Source: an uncultured Lentisphaerota bacterium
GTDB taxonomy: Bacteria > Verrucomicrobiota > Kiritimatiellia > CAIQIC01 > JAGNIJ01
Direction: 5' to 3'
Assembly: GCA_937870865.1 (NCBI GenBank)
Contig: CALMZY010000133.1
Location: 1-40,284 of the forward strand
DNA length: 40,284 nucleotides
Shown here: positions 18,447 to 28,329 of the stretch, piece by piece
Position numbering within the stretch: position 1 is the first letter of the stretch
How the letters are laid out: every line of letters starts with the position of its first letter
Notes under the pieces: model-generated
Database searches by the model: none
What the model was told of the DNA's origin: nothing
The model's input: the letters and a program-made list of their open reading frames with translations, nothing else
Made by a program: the position numbers and the translations under genes

Positions 18447-19835
18447 ATGAAATCGATGTCCTACATCAGCACGCGCGGGCAGACCCGGCCGATGAGTTTT
18501 CAGGATGCCGTGATCACCGGCCTCGCGCCGGACGGCGGCCTGCTGATTCCCTCCGACATCCCGCGCGTGGCCGATCGACTGCCGGAATGGTCGAAGCTGT
18601 CCTACCAGGACATCACCTTCGAAATTCTGCGTCTCTTCGTGGACCTGCCGGACGGCGACCTGCGGGACTTGATCGAGCGCAGCTACTCCACGTTCCGCCA
18701 CCCGGAGATTGCGCCGGCCTGGAAGGTCGGGCCCGTGCACATCCTTGAGCTGTTTCACGGCCCGACGCTGGCGTTCAAGGACATCGCGCTCCAGTTCTTG
18801 AGTAATTTCTTCGAGTACATCCTGGAGCACCGCGGCACGCACCTGAACATTCTTGGGGCGACCAGCGGCGATACCGGAAGCGCGGCGATCCACGGCGTGC
18901 GCGGCCGCGACCGGATGAGTATTTTCATGATGCACCCGCACGGCCGCGTGGCGCCGCTGCAGGAGAAGCAGATGACGTCCGTGCTGGACCCGAACGTGTT
19001 CAACCTCGCGATCGAGGGCACATTCGACGATTGCCAGCGGATCATGAAGACGATCTTCAGCGACCTGCAGTTCAAGGAGCGGTTTGCGCTGGGGGCGGTC
19101 AATTCGGTCAACTGGGCGCGCGTGGTCGTGCAGATCGTCTATTACTTCTCGTCCGGCCTGTACGTCATGAACACAACCGGCAGCAAGGCGGTGCGCTTTG
19201 CCGTGCCGACCGGGAATTTCGGCGACATCCTGGCCGGCTATTACGCCGCGCGCATGGGACTGCCGATCAGCCGCCTGATCCTCGCGACGAACGAGAACGA
19301 CATCCTGGCGAGGTTCTTCAACACGGGCGACTACAGCCTCGGCAGGGTTGTTCCCACGATCAGCCCCTCGATGGATATCCAGGTGGCGAGCAATTTCGAG
19401 CGCTACCTCTTCTACAAGGTCGGCGGCGACAGCCGGAAACTGGACGGCCTGTTCAGGCAGTTCGCGTCGACGGGGCACCTGACCATCCCGCGCGACGACA
19501 AGGGACGGGTTGACGATCTGTTCGTTGCGGGAGTCGGTCGCACGTCGGAGACGCTGGCCGTGATCAAGCGGTACTATGAGCAGTACAATTACCTCATGGA
19601 CCCGCACACCGCGGTGGGCGTCAAGGTGGCCGAGTCCTGCGTGGACGATGGGGAGCCGGTGATCTGTCTCGCCACCGCGCATCCCGCGAAGTTCAGCCAG
19701 GCGATCCAGGACGCGACGGGCAAGGACCTCGCGCACCACGAGATTCTCGACCGGCTCGCCGATGCGCCGACACGCTGCACCGTGCTTCCGGCCGACGAAA
19801 AGCGGGTCAAGGACTACATCTGCGCGCATGCATAG
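18447..19835 (+). CDS. thrC: Threonine synthase
   Basis: YISTRG, GLAPDGGL, PLP-Lys motif LFHGPTLAFKD, ATSGDTG, NSVNWAR, VPTGNFG and ATAHPAKF. Confidence 0.96.
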   Translation: MKSMSYISTRGQTRPMSFQDAVITGLAPDGGLLIPSDIPRVADRLPEWSKLSYQDITFEILRLFVDLPDGDLRDLIERSYSTFRHPEIAPAWKVGPVHILELFHGPTLAFKDIALQFLSNFFEYILEHRGTHLNILGATSGDTGSAAIHGVRGRDRMSIFMMHPHGRVAPLQEKQMTSVLDPNVFNLAIEGTFDDCQRIMKTIFSDLQFKERFALGAVNSVNWARVVVQIVYYFSSGLYVMNTTGSKAVRFAVPTGNFGDILAGYYAARMGLPISRLILATNENDILARFFNTGDYSLGRVVPTISPSMDIQVASNFERYLFYKVGGDSRKLDGLFRQFASTGHLTIPRDDKGRVDDLFVAGVGRTSETLAVIKRYYEQYNYLMDPHTAVGVKVAESCVDDGEPVICLATAHPAKFSQAIQDATGKDLAHHEILDRLADAPTRCTVLPADEKRVKDYICAHA

Positions 19836-19947
19836 CCGCCCGCGCCCGAAATTCGGCGCGGCGAATCCGTCTTCCCTTTCCTCCGATCTCCGCGTTACAA
19901 TCCGTTTCAGGGCGGAATAACGGGCCCGTCTTCTTCTCGCGCGACGC

Positions 19948-20781
19948 ATGACAGGAAACGTGGACAAAGTGAGGAGTCTGGTGGTGGCGATTTGCATCGT
20001 GTGCGGATCGGCGCGCGTCTTAGCCGGCACGCTTTACGAGTCCGCGGCCATGGGCCCCCCCGGGCGACTTGGCGGAACCACCCTCATGCACGATCAGTAC
20101 GCGGGAGCGCGCTTTTACATTTCGCAGTCCAGCCTTGTTTCGCGAGTCGGCGGACACATGGGTTGCGACACTCCGAGCCATACGTTCTTTGCCGCGATCG
20201 TCAGACTGGACGGCCCGACAGCCTTGCCTCACGGCGACCCGTTTACGACCGGGGAACTCGTTGCGGTCACCAACTTCTCGATGGGCGCGGCGGGCTGGCC
20301 GTCGCTCGATTGGATGACCCCGTTGAGGGTGGCGCTGGACCCCGGCTGGTACGGCCTGGTGTTTGGCGGAGGGCGCTATTCAGAACCGTTCCACGGCGCC
20401 TACGGGAGCGGGTTCATGCCGGCGAACAACGCGAACCTGCCGGGTTCGACGTATTTTGGATGGACCAGCCCGTATCTGGAGCCGACCAACGTCTGGAAGA
20501 ACGGCATTGCCTCCGAGTGCCGCTTTGTCGTCGAAGGGAGCGCGGTCACGTCGCAGCCCCGGATCTGTTCCGTGAGATTCGCCAACAACAGAATGCTGGT
20601 CACCCTGACCAACCTGCTGTGGGGCTATGAGACCGGGGTGGAGGCGAGGAACGGTCAGCGCGAGGCCCCGTGGACTGACGTCACAAACGCCGCGTTCGTG
20701 GCGACGAACAGCTGCAGCAGTTGCTCCACGGTAATCTCCAACATGGGGAATGCGGGTTTGATCCGGATGATTCAGCGGTAG
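19948..20781 (+). CDS. Secreted hypothetical protein with a putative C-terminal sorting-type domain
   Basis: Signal-like segment LVVAICIVCGSARVLA, a Gly/aromatic-rich beta domain, and the C-terminus YETGVE...PWTDV...ATN...LIRM. Confidence 0.6.
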   Translation: MTGNVDKVRSLVVAICIVCGSARVLAGTLYESAAMGPPGRLGGTTLMHDQYAGARFYISQSSLVSRVGGHMGCDTPSHTFFAAIVRLDGPTALPHGDPFTTGELVAVTNFSMGAAGWPSLDWMTPLRVALDPGWYGLVFGGGRYSEPFHGAYGSGFMPANNANLPGSTYFGWTSPYLEPTNVWKNGIASECRFVVEGSAVTSQPRICSVRFANNRMLVTLTNLLWGYETGVEARNGQREAPWTDVTNAAFVATNSCSSCSTVISNMGNAGLIRMIQR

Positions 20782-20798
20782 GAGGTTTCCCTCCAGCG

Positions 20799-21935
20799 CT
20801 AATCCAGGCGCTTTCGGAATTTGAGGACAGCCAGTCCGAGGATCCCCGCGCCCCAGGCGAAAAGCGCGAGCGCCTGCGGCCACAGGTCCGGCCACCACGT
20901 GCCCTTCAGGAAAATCCCCCGGATGATGGTCAGGTAGTATTTCAACGGGATGAACGCCGCGACGTATTGGATCGGCCGCGGCATGTTCTCGACCGGAAAG
21001 ATGAACCCCGACAGCAGGACGAACGGAAGCATGACGAAGAAGCCGGCGATCAGCATGGCCTGCTGCTGCGTCTTGACGAGCGTGGAGATGAACAGGCCGA
21101 GGCCCAGCGTGGTCAGCAGGAACAGGCCCGAATAGGCATAGAGAGCCAGGACGTTGCCCCGCAGGGGCACGTGGAAAACGAAGAGAATCACGGCGATCGC
21201 GAGCGTGATCTCGATGAACCCGATGACGACGAACGGCAGGAGCTTGCCGGCGATCAACTCGCTGGGCCGGAGCGGTGTCACGATGACCTGCTCCATCGTT
21301 CCCTCTTCGCGTTCTTTCACGAGGGCCATGCTTGTGACGATCATCGTGGTTACCAGGAGGAGAACGCCCATCAGAGCGGGAACCATGTAGTAGGTCGATG
21401 TCAGGTCCGGGTTGTACCACGCGCGCGATTCGGCGACGATCGTCGGCAGTGCGATTCCCCGCCGCGCCAAATCGGCTTCCACCACGCGCACGAGCCGCTC
21501 GGAATACAACCGGGTTGCTTTCTGAAGGTAATTCAATCCCTGCACGGCGAAGTTGCTGTCGGCGCCATCCACAAGCACCTGGACGGTGGCCGGAGTGTTT
21601 CGAACCAGCCGCTTTCCGAAGTCCGGCGGGATCACGACCACAAGCCCGGCGGCGCCGGAAACGAGCAGATCGGCATCGTTGTTTTCGGGCCCGTCGAGCA
21701 GGGCGATCTGGAAGTAGCCCGAGGCCCCCAGCGCCCGGATATACTCGCGGCTGTGGTAGGATTGGTCGTTGTCGCGGATCGACATGGAAATGTCGCGGAT
21801 ATCCGTCGTCGCGGCATTTCCGAGGACCAGGAGCTGGATCAGCGGCGCGACGATCAGGATGCCGAACAGGCTTTTGTCGCGCCGGATCTGCGTCAGTTCC
21901 TTTTTCAGAAGCACCTTGACGCGGTTCAAGTTCAT
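20799..21935 (-). CDS. ABC-2 type exporter permease (YbhR-like)
   Basis: KELTQIRRD, WYNPDL, VKEREEGTMEQVIVTP and LSGFIFPVENMP. Confidence 0.92.
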   Translation of the reverse strand: MNLNRVKVLLKKELTQIRRDKSLFGILIVAPLIQLLVLGNAATTDIRDISMSIRDNDQSYHSREYIRALGASGYFQIALLDGPENNDADLLVSGAAGLVVVIPPDFGKRLVRNTPATVQVLVDGADSNFAVQGLNYLQKATRLYSERLVRVVEADLARRGIALPTIVAESRAWYNPDLTSTYYMVPALMGVLLLVTTMIVTSMALVKEREEGTMEQVIVTPLRPSELIAGKLLPFVVIGFIEITLAIAVILFVFHVPLRGNVLALYAYSGLFLLTTLGLGLFISTLVKTQQQAMLIAGFFVMLPFVLLSGFIFPVENMPRPIQYVAAFIPLKYYLTIIRGIFLKGTWWPDLWPQALALFAWGAGILGLAVLKFRKRLD

Positions 21936-21936
21936 C

Positions 21937-23055
21937 TCAGATGGCTTTCCTTGTTTTGTGAGCCGCGATCAGGTTGTAGAAGACGCCCAGCGCCAGCATG
22001 GCCGCGAGGTGCGGGGCGATGACCTGCAACGACGCATCCTTCATCATGATCTCGCGCAGGGCGGAGACAAAGTAGCGCGGGATTACGACGAAGGTCAGCC
22101 CCTGGATGATGAGGGGCATGTTTTTGATCGGGAAAATAAAACCCGAGAGGATCAGGGAGGGGAGCAGGGTCGTGAGGATCGCGATCTGAAACGCCATCTG
22201 CTGGGAGCGGGTGACGGAGGAGATCAGCACGCCCATTCCCAGGGCGGCGAACAGGAAGAGCAGGGTCGTGATGCCCATCAGGATGAACGAGCCGCGGATC
22301 ACAACGCCGAACAGGTGGTATCCGATCAGCAGGATCATGATCATGGTCAGGAGCCCGATGATGACGTAGGGGAGCGTTTTCCCGAGAATCAGTTCCTCGG
22401 ACCGGATGGGGGAAACCATCATCTGCTCGATCGTTTCCCGTTCCTTCTCGCGGACGATCGAGAGCGAGGTGGCGATCACGGCGGAGAGCATCAGCAGGAG
22501 TCCGATCAGGCCGGGCACCAGGAACTTCGCGCTCTCGAGTTCCGGATTGAACCAGAGCCGCGGCTCCGGCAGGACCATGGGAATCGAGGCGCCGCCGCCG
22601 CTGAGGACATCCAGTCGCGCCTTACGCGTGGCCCGTTCGGCGAGTGCATCGAAGTACCCGACGGCCGCAGAGGCGGTGTTGGCATCGGCGCCGTCCACCA
22701 GAACCTGGAGGCTTACGCGCTCGCCGCGGTCGAGCGCCTTCGCGTAGCCTTCGGGCACAATGAGGACCGCGCGGACCATCGCGTGGATCAACAGTTTGTC
22801 GATTCCTTCGCGGCTTGTGAGCGTTATCGCCCGGTCGAAGTACTCGTTCTGGAAAACGCTGTCGAGGAGTTCCCGGCTGGCCTGCGTGCGGTCTTCGTCG
22901 AGAACGGCGACGCGGATGTGTTTGACGTCGAAAGAGAGCGCGTAGCCGTAAAGGACGAGCAGCAGGGCCGGGATGAAGATCAGCAGGCCCAGCGAAAGCG
23001 GGTCGCGCCGGATCTGCCGGAATTCCTTCTTGAAGATGGCCCAGAATCGACTCAT
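21937..23055 (-). CDS. ABC-2 type exporter permease (YbhS-like)
   Basis: KEFRQIRRD, WFNPEL, VREKERETIEQ and LSGFIFPIKNMP. Confidence 0.92.
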   Translation of the reverse strand: MSRFWAIFKKEFRQIRRDPLSLGLLIFIPALLLVLYGYALSFDVKHIRVAVLDEDRTQASRELLDSVFQNEYFDRAITLTSREGIDKLLIHAMVRAVLIVPEGYAKALDRGERVSLQVLVDGADANTASAAVGYFDALAERATRKARLDVLSGGGASIPMVLPEPRLWFNPELESAKFLVPGLIGLLLMLSAVIATSLSIVREKERETIEQMMVSPIRSEELILGKTLPYVIIGLLTMIMILLIGYHLFGVVIRGSFILMGITTLLFLFAALGMGVLISSVTRSQQMAFQIAILTTLLPSLILSGFIFPIKNMPLIIQGLTFVVIPRYFVSALREIMMKDASLQVIAPHLAAMLALGVFYNLIAAHKTRKAI

Positions 23056-24014
23056 CCGTTCTTCTCCGCCGCTTGTTTCTGCACCAGCCGCACAAACGCA
23101 TCTTCCAGGGACACGGGGATAAGTTCCGCGCGTTGAACATCCAGGCCTCGTTCTTGGACGGTGTGTTTCAGTGAGCCGACCGTGAACGTCCCGCGCCGGC
23201 AGAAGAGATGCAGGCGGGAACCGAAATACGAACTGGCGCGCAAGCCGTCCAAGCCCGACAGTTTTTCGAGCGCGCCGCGGAAAGAGGGAAGCGTCAGCTC
23301 GAACAGGTCCTCATCCACCGACTGGTGCTTCAACGCCCGCGGCGTGTCGAGCGCGACCAGCCTGCCGCCGCTGATGAAGCCGATGCGCCCGCAGAACTCG
23401 GCCTCGTCCATGAAATGGGTCGTGATCAGAATCGTGACGCCGGTGGAAGCCATTTCCTGGATCAGATCCCAGAACATGCGCCGGGAGATGGGATCGACCC
23501 CGCTGGTCGGCTCGTCGAGAAAGAGGATCGGGGGCTCGTGAAGGATGGCGCACCCGAGCGCGAGCCTCTGCTGGAGGGCGCCGGAGAGCGTCCCTGTGAG
23601 CTGGCTCTCCGAGCCCGATAAGCCGGCCATGGCCATGACGGCCGAGGCGCGTTCCGCTAGCCTTTTGCCGGCCAGGCCATACACGCCGCCGAAGAACGCG
23701 ATGTTTTCTTCGACGGTCAAGTCCTTGTAGAGACTGAATTTCTGGGACATGTAGCCGATGCTCTGGCGAACCTGCTCCGGCTGGCGGTTGATGTCGAACC
23801 CGCCGACGTTTGCGGATCCCGAGGAAGACGACAGCAGCCCGCACAGCATCCGGATCGTCGTGGATTTGCCGGCGCCGTTCGGCCCGAGAAATCCGAAAAT
23901 CTCACCGCGGCGGATCGAGAATGAGATGTGATCGACCGCGGTGAAGCGGCCGAACACTTTGGTCAGGTCATGGACCTCGATGACCGGAGCCTGCTGTTCA
24001 AGGCGTTTCGGCAT
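23052..24014 (-). CDS. ABC transporter ATP-binding protein (like the YbhF C-terminal half)
   Basis: Walker A GPNGAGKST, degenerate signature LSGAL, LDEPTSGVDP and TTHFMDEAE. Start MPKRL at 24014 chosen. Confidence 0.92.
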   Translation of the reverse strand: MPKRLEQQAPVIEVHDLTKVFGRFTAVDHISFSIRRGEIFGFLGPNGAGKSTTIRMLCGLLSSSSGSANVGGFDINRQPEQVRQSIGYMSQKFSLYKDLTVEENIAFFGGVYGLAGKRLAERASAVMAMAGLSGSESQLTGTLSGALQQRLALGCAILHEPPILFLDEPTSGVDPISRRMFWDLIQEMASTGVTILITTHFMDEAEFCGRIGFISGGRLVALDTPRALKHQSVDEDLFELTLPSFRGALEKLSGLDGLRASSYFGSRLHLFCRRGTFTVGSLKHTVQERGLDVQRAELIPVSLEDAFVRLVQKQAAEKNG

Positions 24015-25338
24015 ATTGCCTCGATATCTCTCCCGTGGCGTGATCCAGGGCCGCGCGCGCAAGCAGAACATCCGCCTGGGCCGCAATGAGCTGGTACTGG
24101 GCATCCGTCAGTTGGGCCATGGCGTCCAGGACGTCGGAATGACGGGCCAGCCCGCTTTCCCAGAGATCGGTGGCGGCCTGAAGGTTTCTCTCGGCGCTCT
24201 TACAGGCGCGCTCCGTCACGGTGACGCGCGAACTGGCGTCCTGCAGGTTGATCCGGGCCTCGCGGATTTCGAGAGTGATTTGTTCCTCGAGCTGCTTGAG
24301 GCGCAGACGGGCCTGCTCGGTCTGCGCGGCGGCTTCGGCGGCTTTCGCGCGCGTCAGTCCCCAATCGAGGAGGTTCCACGAAAGGGTCACGCCGGCGAAC
24401 GCGTCGTATTTCCACTCATCGGCAAGGGGGAAATCCATTACGTTCGGGTTGGCCTGTTCATAGCGGGCGCTCAGGGATAATTGAGGATAGAAATCCGATT
24501 TTGTGCTTTGCTGTTGTGCCTCTGTTGCCTCGACATCCAGAGCGCCCGCGATCATTTCGGGACGGTGAACCTCGGAATTCGTGCCCGGGGTTGCCATGTC
24601 CGCGGGGACGACAGCCTCTTCGGGAACCGCGCTTTCGGACAGGGGATTTCCCGTGAGAAACTCGATCTTTGAACGGCTCAGCGCGACGCGGTTCCGCGCG
24701 TCCTCGAGCAACAGTCGCGTCTGGTCGAGCTGGACTTCCGTGGCCAGGAGATCGTTATCCGTCACCATTCCGGCCTCGTGCTGGTTCCTCATGTCCACCG
24801 CGTGAGCCTCGGTGCGCTCAACCGCCGCTTCCAGCGACTGCACCAGGTAGTGTGCCTTCGACCAGTTCCAGTAGGTCGTCAGCGCGGCGAGTACCGTGTC
24901 CGCCTTCGTTGCGCCGAGGCTCTGTTCGGCGGCGGATTTGCGGGAGAAGGCCCCGCGCTTCTGGTTGCTGATGCGCCCGCCCGTGTACAGCGGCTGGGTG
25001 ATTCCGATCGATGCGCTGTAGCGGTCCTCGACGGCCTCAATGGTTGTTTGCGGACCGAGCGTTGCGTCCTCAAGGCCCTGGTAACGGGCGGCCTGCGCCT
25101 TCACGTCGAGCGTCGGGTAGGCCTGTGCCTTGGCCTGCCTGTGCCTGGCGGCATAGACGTCCACATTCTGCGCGGATACTTTCAGCGGGTAGTTATGCGC
25201 CAGCGTCTCGGTGACGATTTTGTTTGGAGAGGTCACGGTTAGTTCGCCGGCCCATGAAGACACGGCCACGGCAAATGCGGCGCACAGGACGATCGGCAAC
25301 TTGAAACGTGGAACTTGGAACATGGAACTCCGCTTCAT
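23998..25338 (-). CDS. TolC family outer-membrane efflux protein
   Basis: Signal peptide and two OEP repeats (YPTLDV...ITQPLYTGG; FYPQLSL...GVTLSWNLLDWG). Confidence 0.9.
   Translation of the reverse strand: MKRSSMFQVPRFKLPIVLCAAFAVAVSSWAGELTVTSPNKIVTETLAHNYPLKVSAQNVDVYAARHRQAKAQAYPTLDVKAQAARYQGLEDATLGPQTTIEAVEDRYSASIGITQPLYTGGRISNQKRGAFSRKSAAEQSLGATKADTVLAALTTYWNWSKAHYLVQSLEAAVERTEAHAVDMRNQHEAGMVTDNDLLATEVQLDQTRLLLEDARNRVALSRSKIEFLTGNPLSESAVPEEAVVPADMATPGTNSEVHRPEMIAGALDVEATEAQQQSTKSDFYPQLSLSARYEQANPNVMDFPLADEWKYDAFAGVTLSWNLLDWGLTRAKAAEAAAQTEQARLRLKQLEEQITLEIREARINLQDASSRVTVTERACKSAERNLQAATDLWESGLARHSDVLDAMAQLTDAQYQLIAAQADVLLARAALDHATGEISRQYAETP
25298..25328. repeat. Heptamer tandem (AACWTGR x4) inside the tolC signal-peptide n-region
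   Basis: aacttga-aacgtgg-aacttgg-aacatgg-aac, translated on the minus strand as SSMFQVPRFKL. Confidence 0.7.
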
Positions 25339-26282
25339 GACTCACCTCCCGGCGCTTGCTTCGAACCCAGCAGGGCAACAAAGACGTCTTCCAAAGACGG
25401 TGAAATCGGGGACAGGGCCACGGGTCCGAGCTTCTGCTGTTCCAGCCACGCGACGGACGCTTTCGCGTCGGCGTCGCCGCGCGGCGTCCACAGGTTCAGC
25501 CGGTCGCCGTACAGCACGAGGCCGGCGGCTGGCCACTTCTGTTTCAGCGTCCTGTACGCGGCGCCCAGGTCCGCGCATTCGATCTTGAAGACTATCCCGG
25601 GCAAGGTCGCCTTGACTTCGTCGGGTGTGCCGGTCTGAATGAGCCGGCCTTTATTCATCAGGCCGATGCGGTGACAGCGGTCCGCCTCGTCGAGGTAGGG
25701 GGTGGTCATCAGGATCGTGACGCCCTGCTCGAGGATATCGCTGAGGATGTTCCAGAATTCGCCGCGAGAGAGGGGATCGACGCCGGTCGACGGTTCGTCG
25801 AGGAAGATGATTTCCGGCGTGTGAATGAGCGTGCAGGCCAGCGCGAGCTTCTTCTTCATGCCGCCCGAAAGGGCGCCGGCCAGGCGCTTGCGAAACGGTG
25901 CAAGCCGCGTGAAATCGAGAAGATCGTTGCGTCTTTTCTGAAATCCACGGACCCCGTGGATGGCCGCGAAGAACTCGATGTTCTCGTCAATGGTGAGGTC
26001 GCCGTACAACGTGAAGGCCTGCGAAAGGTATCCGATGCGCGACTTGATTTGCTCGGCTTCGGTGGCGAGATTGAATCCCAGGATGTGTCCTTCGCCGCCG
26101 GTCGGCTTGAGGATGCCGCACAGGAGGCGGATGGCCGTGCTCTTGCCGGCGCTGTCCGGGCCAACCAGTCCGAACATCTCTCCGCGTTGGACTTCGAGGT
26201 CGAATCCGGAGACGGCGGACACCGGGCCGAAGGAACGCGCCAGGCCGCGGGTCAGAATGGCCGGTTGACGATCCGCGATCAT
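25335..26282 (-). CDS. ABC transporter ATP-binding protein (like the YbhF N-terminal half)
   Basis: GPDSAGKST, LSGGMKKKLAL, LDEPSTGVDP and TTPYLDEA. Confidence 0.92.
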   Translation of the reverse strand: MIADRQPAILTRGLARSFGPVSAVSGFDLEVQRGEMFGLVGPDSAGKSTAIRLLCGILKPTGGEGHILGFNLATEAEQIKSRIGYLSQAFTLYGDLTIDENIEFFAAIHGVRGFQKRRNDLLDFTRLAPFRKRLAGALSGGMKKKLALACTLIHTPEIIFLDEPSTGVDPLSRGEFWNILSDILEQGVTILMTTPYLDEADRCHRIGLMNKGRLIQTGTPDEVKATLPGIVFKIECADLGAAYRTLKQKWPAAGLVLYGDRLNLWTPRGDADAKASVAWLEQQKLGPVALSPISPSLEDVFVALLGSKQAPGGES

Positions 26283-27043
26283 GGGCCCTCCAGGTAGCCG
26301 TCTGCCGGCATGCCCGGCTTGAATATCCCGTCCGGGTTGGGCAGGGTGATTTTCACTCGATAGACCAGCTTGGCCCGTTCGTCCGGAGTCTGGACATTCT
26401 TGGGTGTGAATTCCGCCTCGGGCGAGATGAACGTTACCTTGCCCTCGTGGAACTTCGGGTTGCCGTCGAGTTTGACCCGGGCCGTCTGGCCGAGTTTGAC
26501 GCGGTGCAGTCGGTCCTCCGGAACGTAAACGGAAAGCCAGACTTCATCGAGCCTCGAGAGGGTGACGATCGGCATGCCGGGGTTGACGTACTCGCCTTCC
26601 TCGCGGCTTCGCAGGGTGACGACTCCGTCCAGGGGAGCGGTAATGGTGCAGTCCGCCAGCGCTTTTTCGGCCAAACGGAAACGCGCCGAGGCCAGGTCGT
26701 ACGCCGCCTGCGCGTCGTCCATCTGCTTCTGGGTGGCCGTCTTCTTCTCGAACACCTGCGCAATGCGTTTGAGGTCCAGTTCCGCGGCGCGCAAAGCAGC
26801 CTGGGCCTCGTCCTTCTTCAACTCGTAGTTTCGAGGATCCACTTGGGCGACGAGCGCGCCCTTTTTGATCGAATCCCCTTCCTGCGGCGGAAGCTTCAGG
26901 ATCGGTCCGGCGACCTGCGGAGCGACCTGCACCTGGGTGCATTCGATGGTTCCGGAGCCATCGGGCTGGTTCCCGATCAAGCCGCATCCCGCGGACATGC
27001 CCGCGATAAGAATGGAAAGAATGGCCTTGTTCATGATGTTCAC
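26279..27043 (-). CDS. HlyD/YbhG-type membrane fusion protein (lipoprotein)
   Basis: Lipobox SAGC, GTIE, ITAPLDG and ISPEAEFTPKNVQT...LVYRVK. Confidence 0.9.
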   Translation of the reverse strand: MNIMNKAILSILIAGMSAGCGLIGNQPDGSGTIECTQVQVAPQVAGPILKLPPQEGDSIKKGALVAQVDPRNYELKKDEAQAALRAAELDLKRIAQVFEKKTATQKQMDDAQAAYDLASARFRLAEKALADCTITAPLDGVVTLRSREEGEYVNPGMPIVTLSRLDEVWLSVYVPEDRLHRVKLGQTARVKLDGNPKFHEGKVTFISPEAEFTPKNVQTPDERAKLVYRVKITLPNPDGIFKPGMPADGYLEGP

Positions 27044-27675
27044 TCCTTTGATTGTCCGTCTGCCAACCCGAGCACCAGCAAATCGACGATCTGTTGTTTG
27101 CGTTCCTGTCCATTGAACGGAGGCATCGCGGAGTCAGGGACGCGGATCTGCACCGGCAGGTCGCGAGTGAGCAGATTCAACAGGCACATGCCGATGATGC
27201 TCCACCATGCGTGGATGGGCGGCATTCGCCGCAGTTCGCCCTTGTCCATGCCTTCCCGCAGGACGTCGAGCGGAACGAGGACTTTCTCGCGCACGATCGC
27301 GTTGAGGGCCTCGGCAAACAGGTTCGAGTGGCTGCTGAGCGCAAGCGCCATGAGACGCATGCGCTCGGGGTGTTCGGTGTAGTAATCGAAGACGCAGTCA
27401 ACCAAGTAGGTGAGTCGCTCGCGCGCGTTCGAAAATGGCCGGCGCCGTGTCGCGAGTGTCTCGAGAAACTCGCCCAGGATCATGCGAACGGATTCGGTGA
27501 AGAGGGTATGCTTGTTCTCGTGGTAATAATAGAGGAGGGCGCTGTTGACCTTCGCAGCGCGTCCGATATTTCGGATCGTCGCGCCCTTGTAGCCCTTCTC
27601 CCCAAAAACCCGTACCGCGGCATTCAGGATGCGGTTCTTCTGCTCCGATTCAAATCGCGCCTTCTTCGTCTTCAT
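27040..27675 (-). CDS. TetR family regulator (CecR/YbiH-like position)
   Basis: HTH RILNAAVRVFGEKGYKGATIRNI...VNSALLYYY. First gene of the efflux operon. Confidence 0.92.
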   Translation of the reverse strand: MKTKKARFESEQKNRILNAAVRVFGEKGYKGATIRNIGRAAKVNSALLYYYHENKHTLFTESVRMILGEFLETLATRRRPFSNARERLTYLVDCVFDYYTEHPERMRLMALALSSHSNLFAEALNAIVREKVLVPLDVLREGMDKGELRRMPPIHAWWSIIGMCLLNLLTRDLPVQIRVPDSAMPPFNGQERKQQIVDLLVLGLADGQSKE

Positions 27676-27696
27676 CGGGATCCCACAATCGCGCCA

Positions 27697-27725
27697 TAAT
27701 CATTCGATTTAATCACTTGATTAAA
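27697..27725. promoter_or_regulatory. Tandem TetR operators
   Basis: Perfect TTTAATCA-CT-TGATTAAA (27708-27725) overlapping a degenerate copy TAATCA-TT-CGATTT (27697-27710). They cover the -10 element and the transcription start. Confidence 0.75.
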
Positions 27726-27751
27726 GTACATGGGATCGCATGTGTTGTCAA
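27723..27751 (-). promoter_or_regulatory. Sigma70 promoter of the efflux operon
   Basis: TTGACA-N17-TACTTT on the minus strand. Confidence 0.7.
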
Positions 27752-27889
27752 GGAAGGGGGGCGGAGAGAAGGGCTGTGGCAGTGGGGCAGGTCGCCGTTC
27801 CTTGCCGATTCTGTCGCCTTGCGGAATACACGCCGGGCGGGGGTGAAATAATCCGTAATGAAGCTCGCGCCCGGCCGGTTTGGTGGATG

Positions 27890-28318
27890 CTACGGGGTCG
27901 AAGGGTGCGAGTCGTCCGGCTTGTCCGCCTTCTTGACGACGTAGTAACCGGCGGCCAGGGCGAAGATGGTCGCGGCCAGCCCGATCAGGGAAACGCCGGA
28001 CACCTCGTGCAGGTTGAGGATGATCACCTTCCGCGCGATGGCGATCATGGCGACCATGAACACGACTTCCACATGGATCTGGCTGCTGCGGAGGTACGTC
28101 TTGACCGACTGCAGGAGTTCGATGCCGATGAGGACCATCAGGAAGAACCCGAACAGCTCGAACAGCTCCTTGATATCGAGCAGAAAATACGGGGGGGTGA
28201 TCACCTGGCCGACCATGATCCAGCCCAACTCGATGGTCGACAGCAACACGGCGATGATCATCATGACGACCAGGGCCAGAATGATGAACCGTTCGCACGC
28301 CTCGACAAGTTTGATCAT
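27890..28318 (-). CDS. Phosphate-starvation-inducible PsiE family membrane protein
   Basis: Four TM segments and FLMVLIGIELL...IHVEVV...IAIARKVII. GGAGG SD. Confidence 0.85.
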   Translation of the reverse strand: MIKLVEACERFIILALVVMMIIAVLLSTIELGWIMVGQVITPPYFLLDIKELFELFGFFLMVLIGIELLQSVKTYLRSSQIHVEVVFMVAMIAIARKVIILNLHEVSGVSLIGLAATIFALAAGYYVVKKADKPDDSHPSTP

Positions 28319-28329
28319 GTTCGCCTCCC

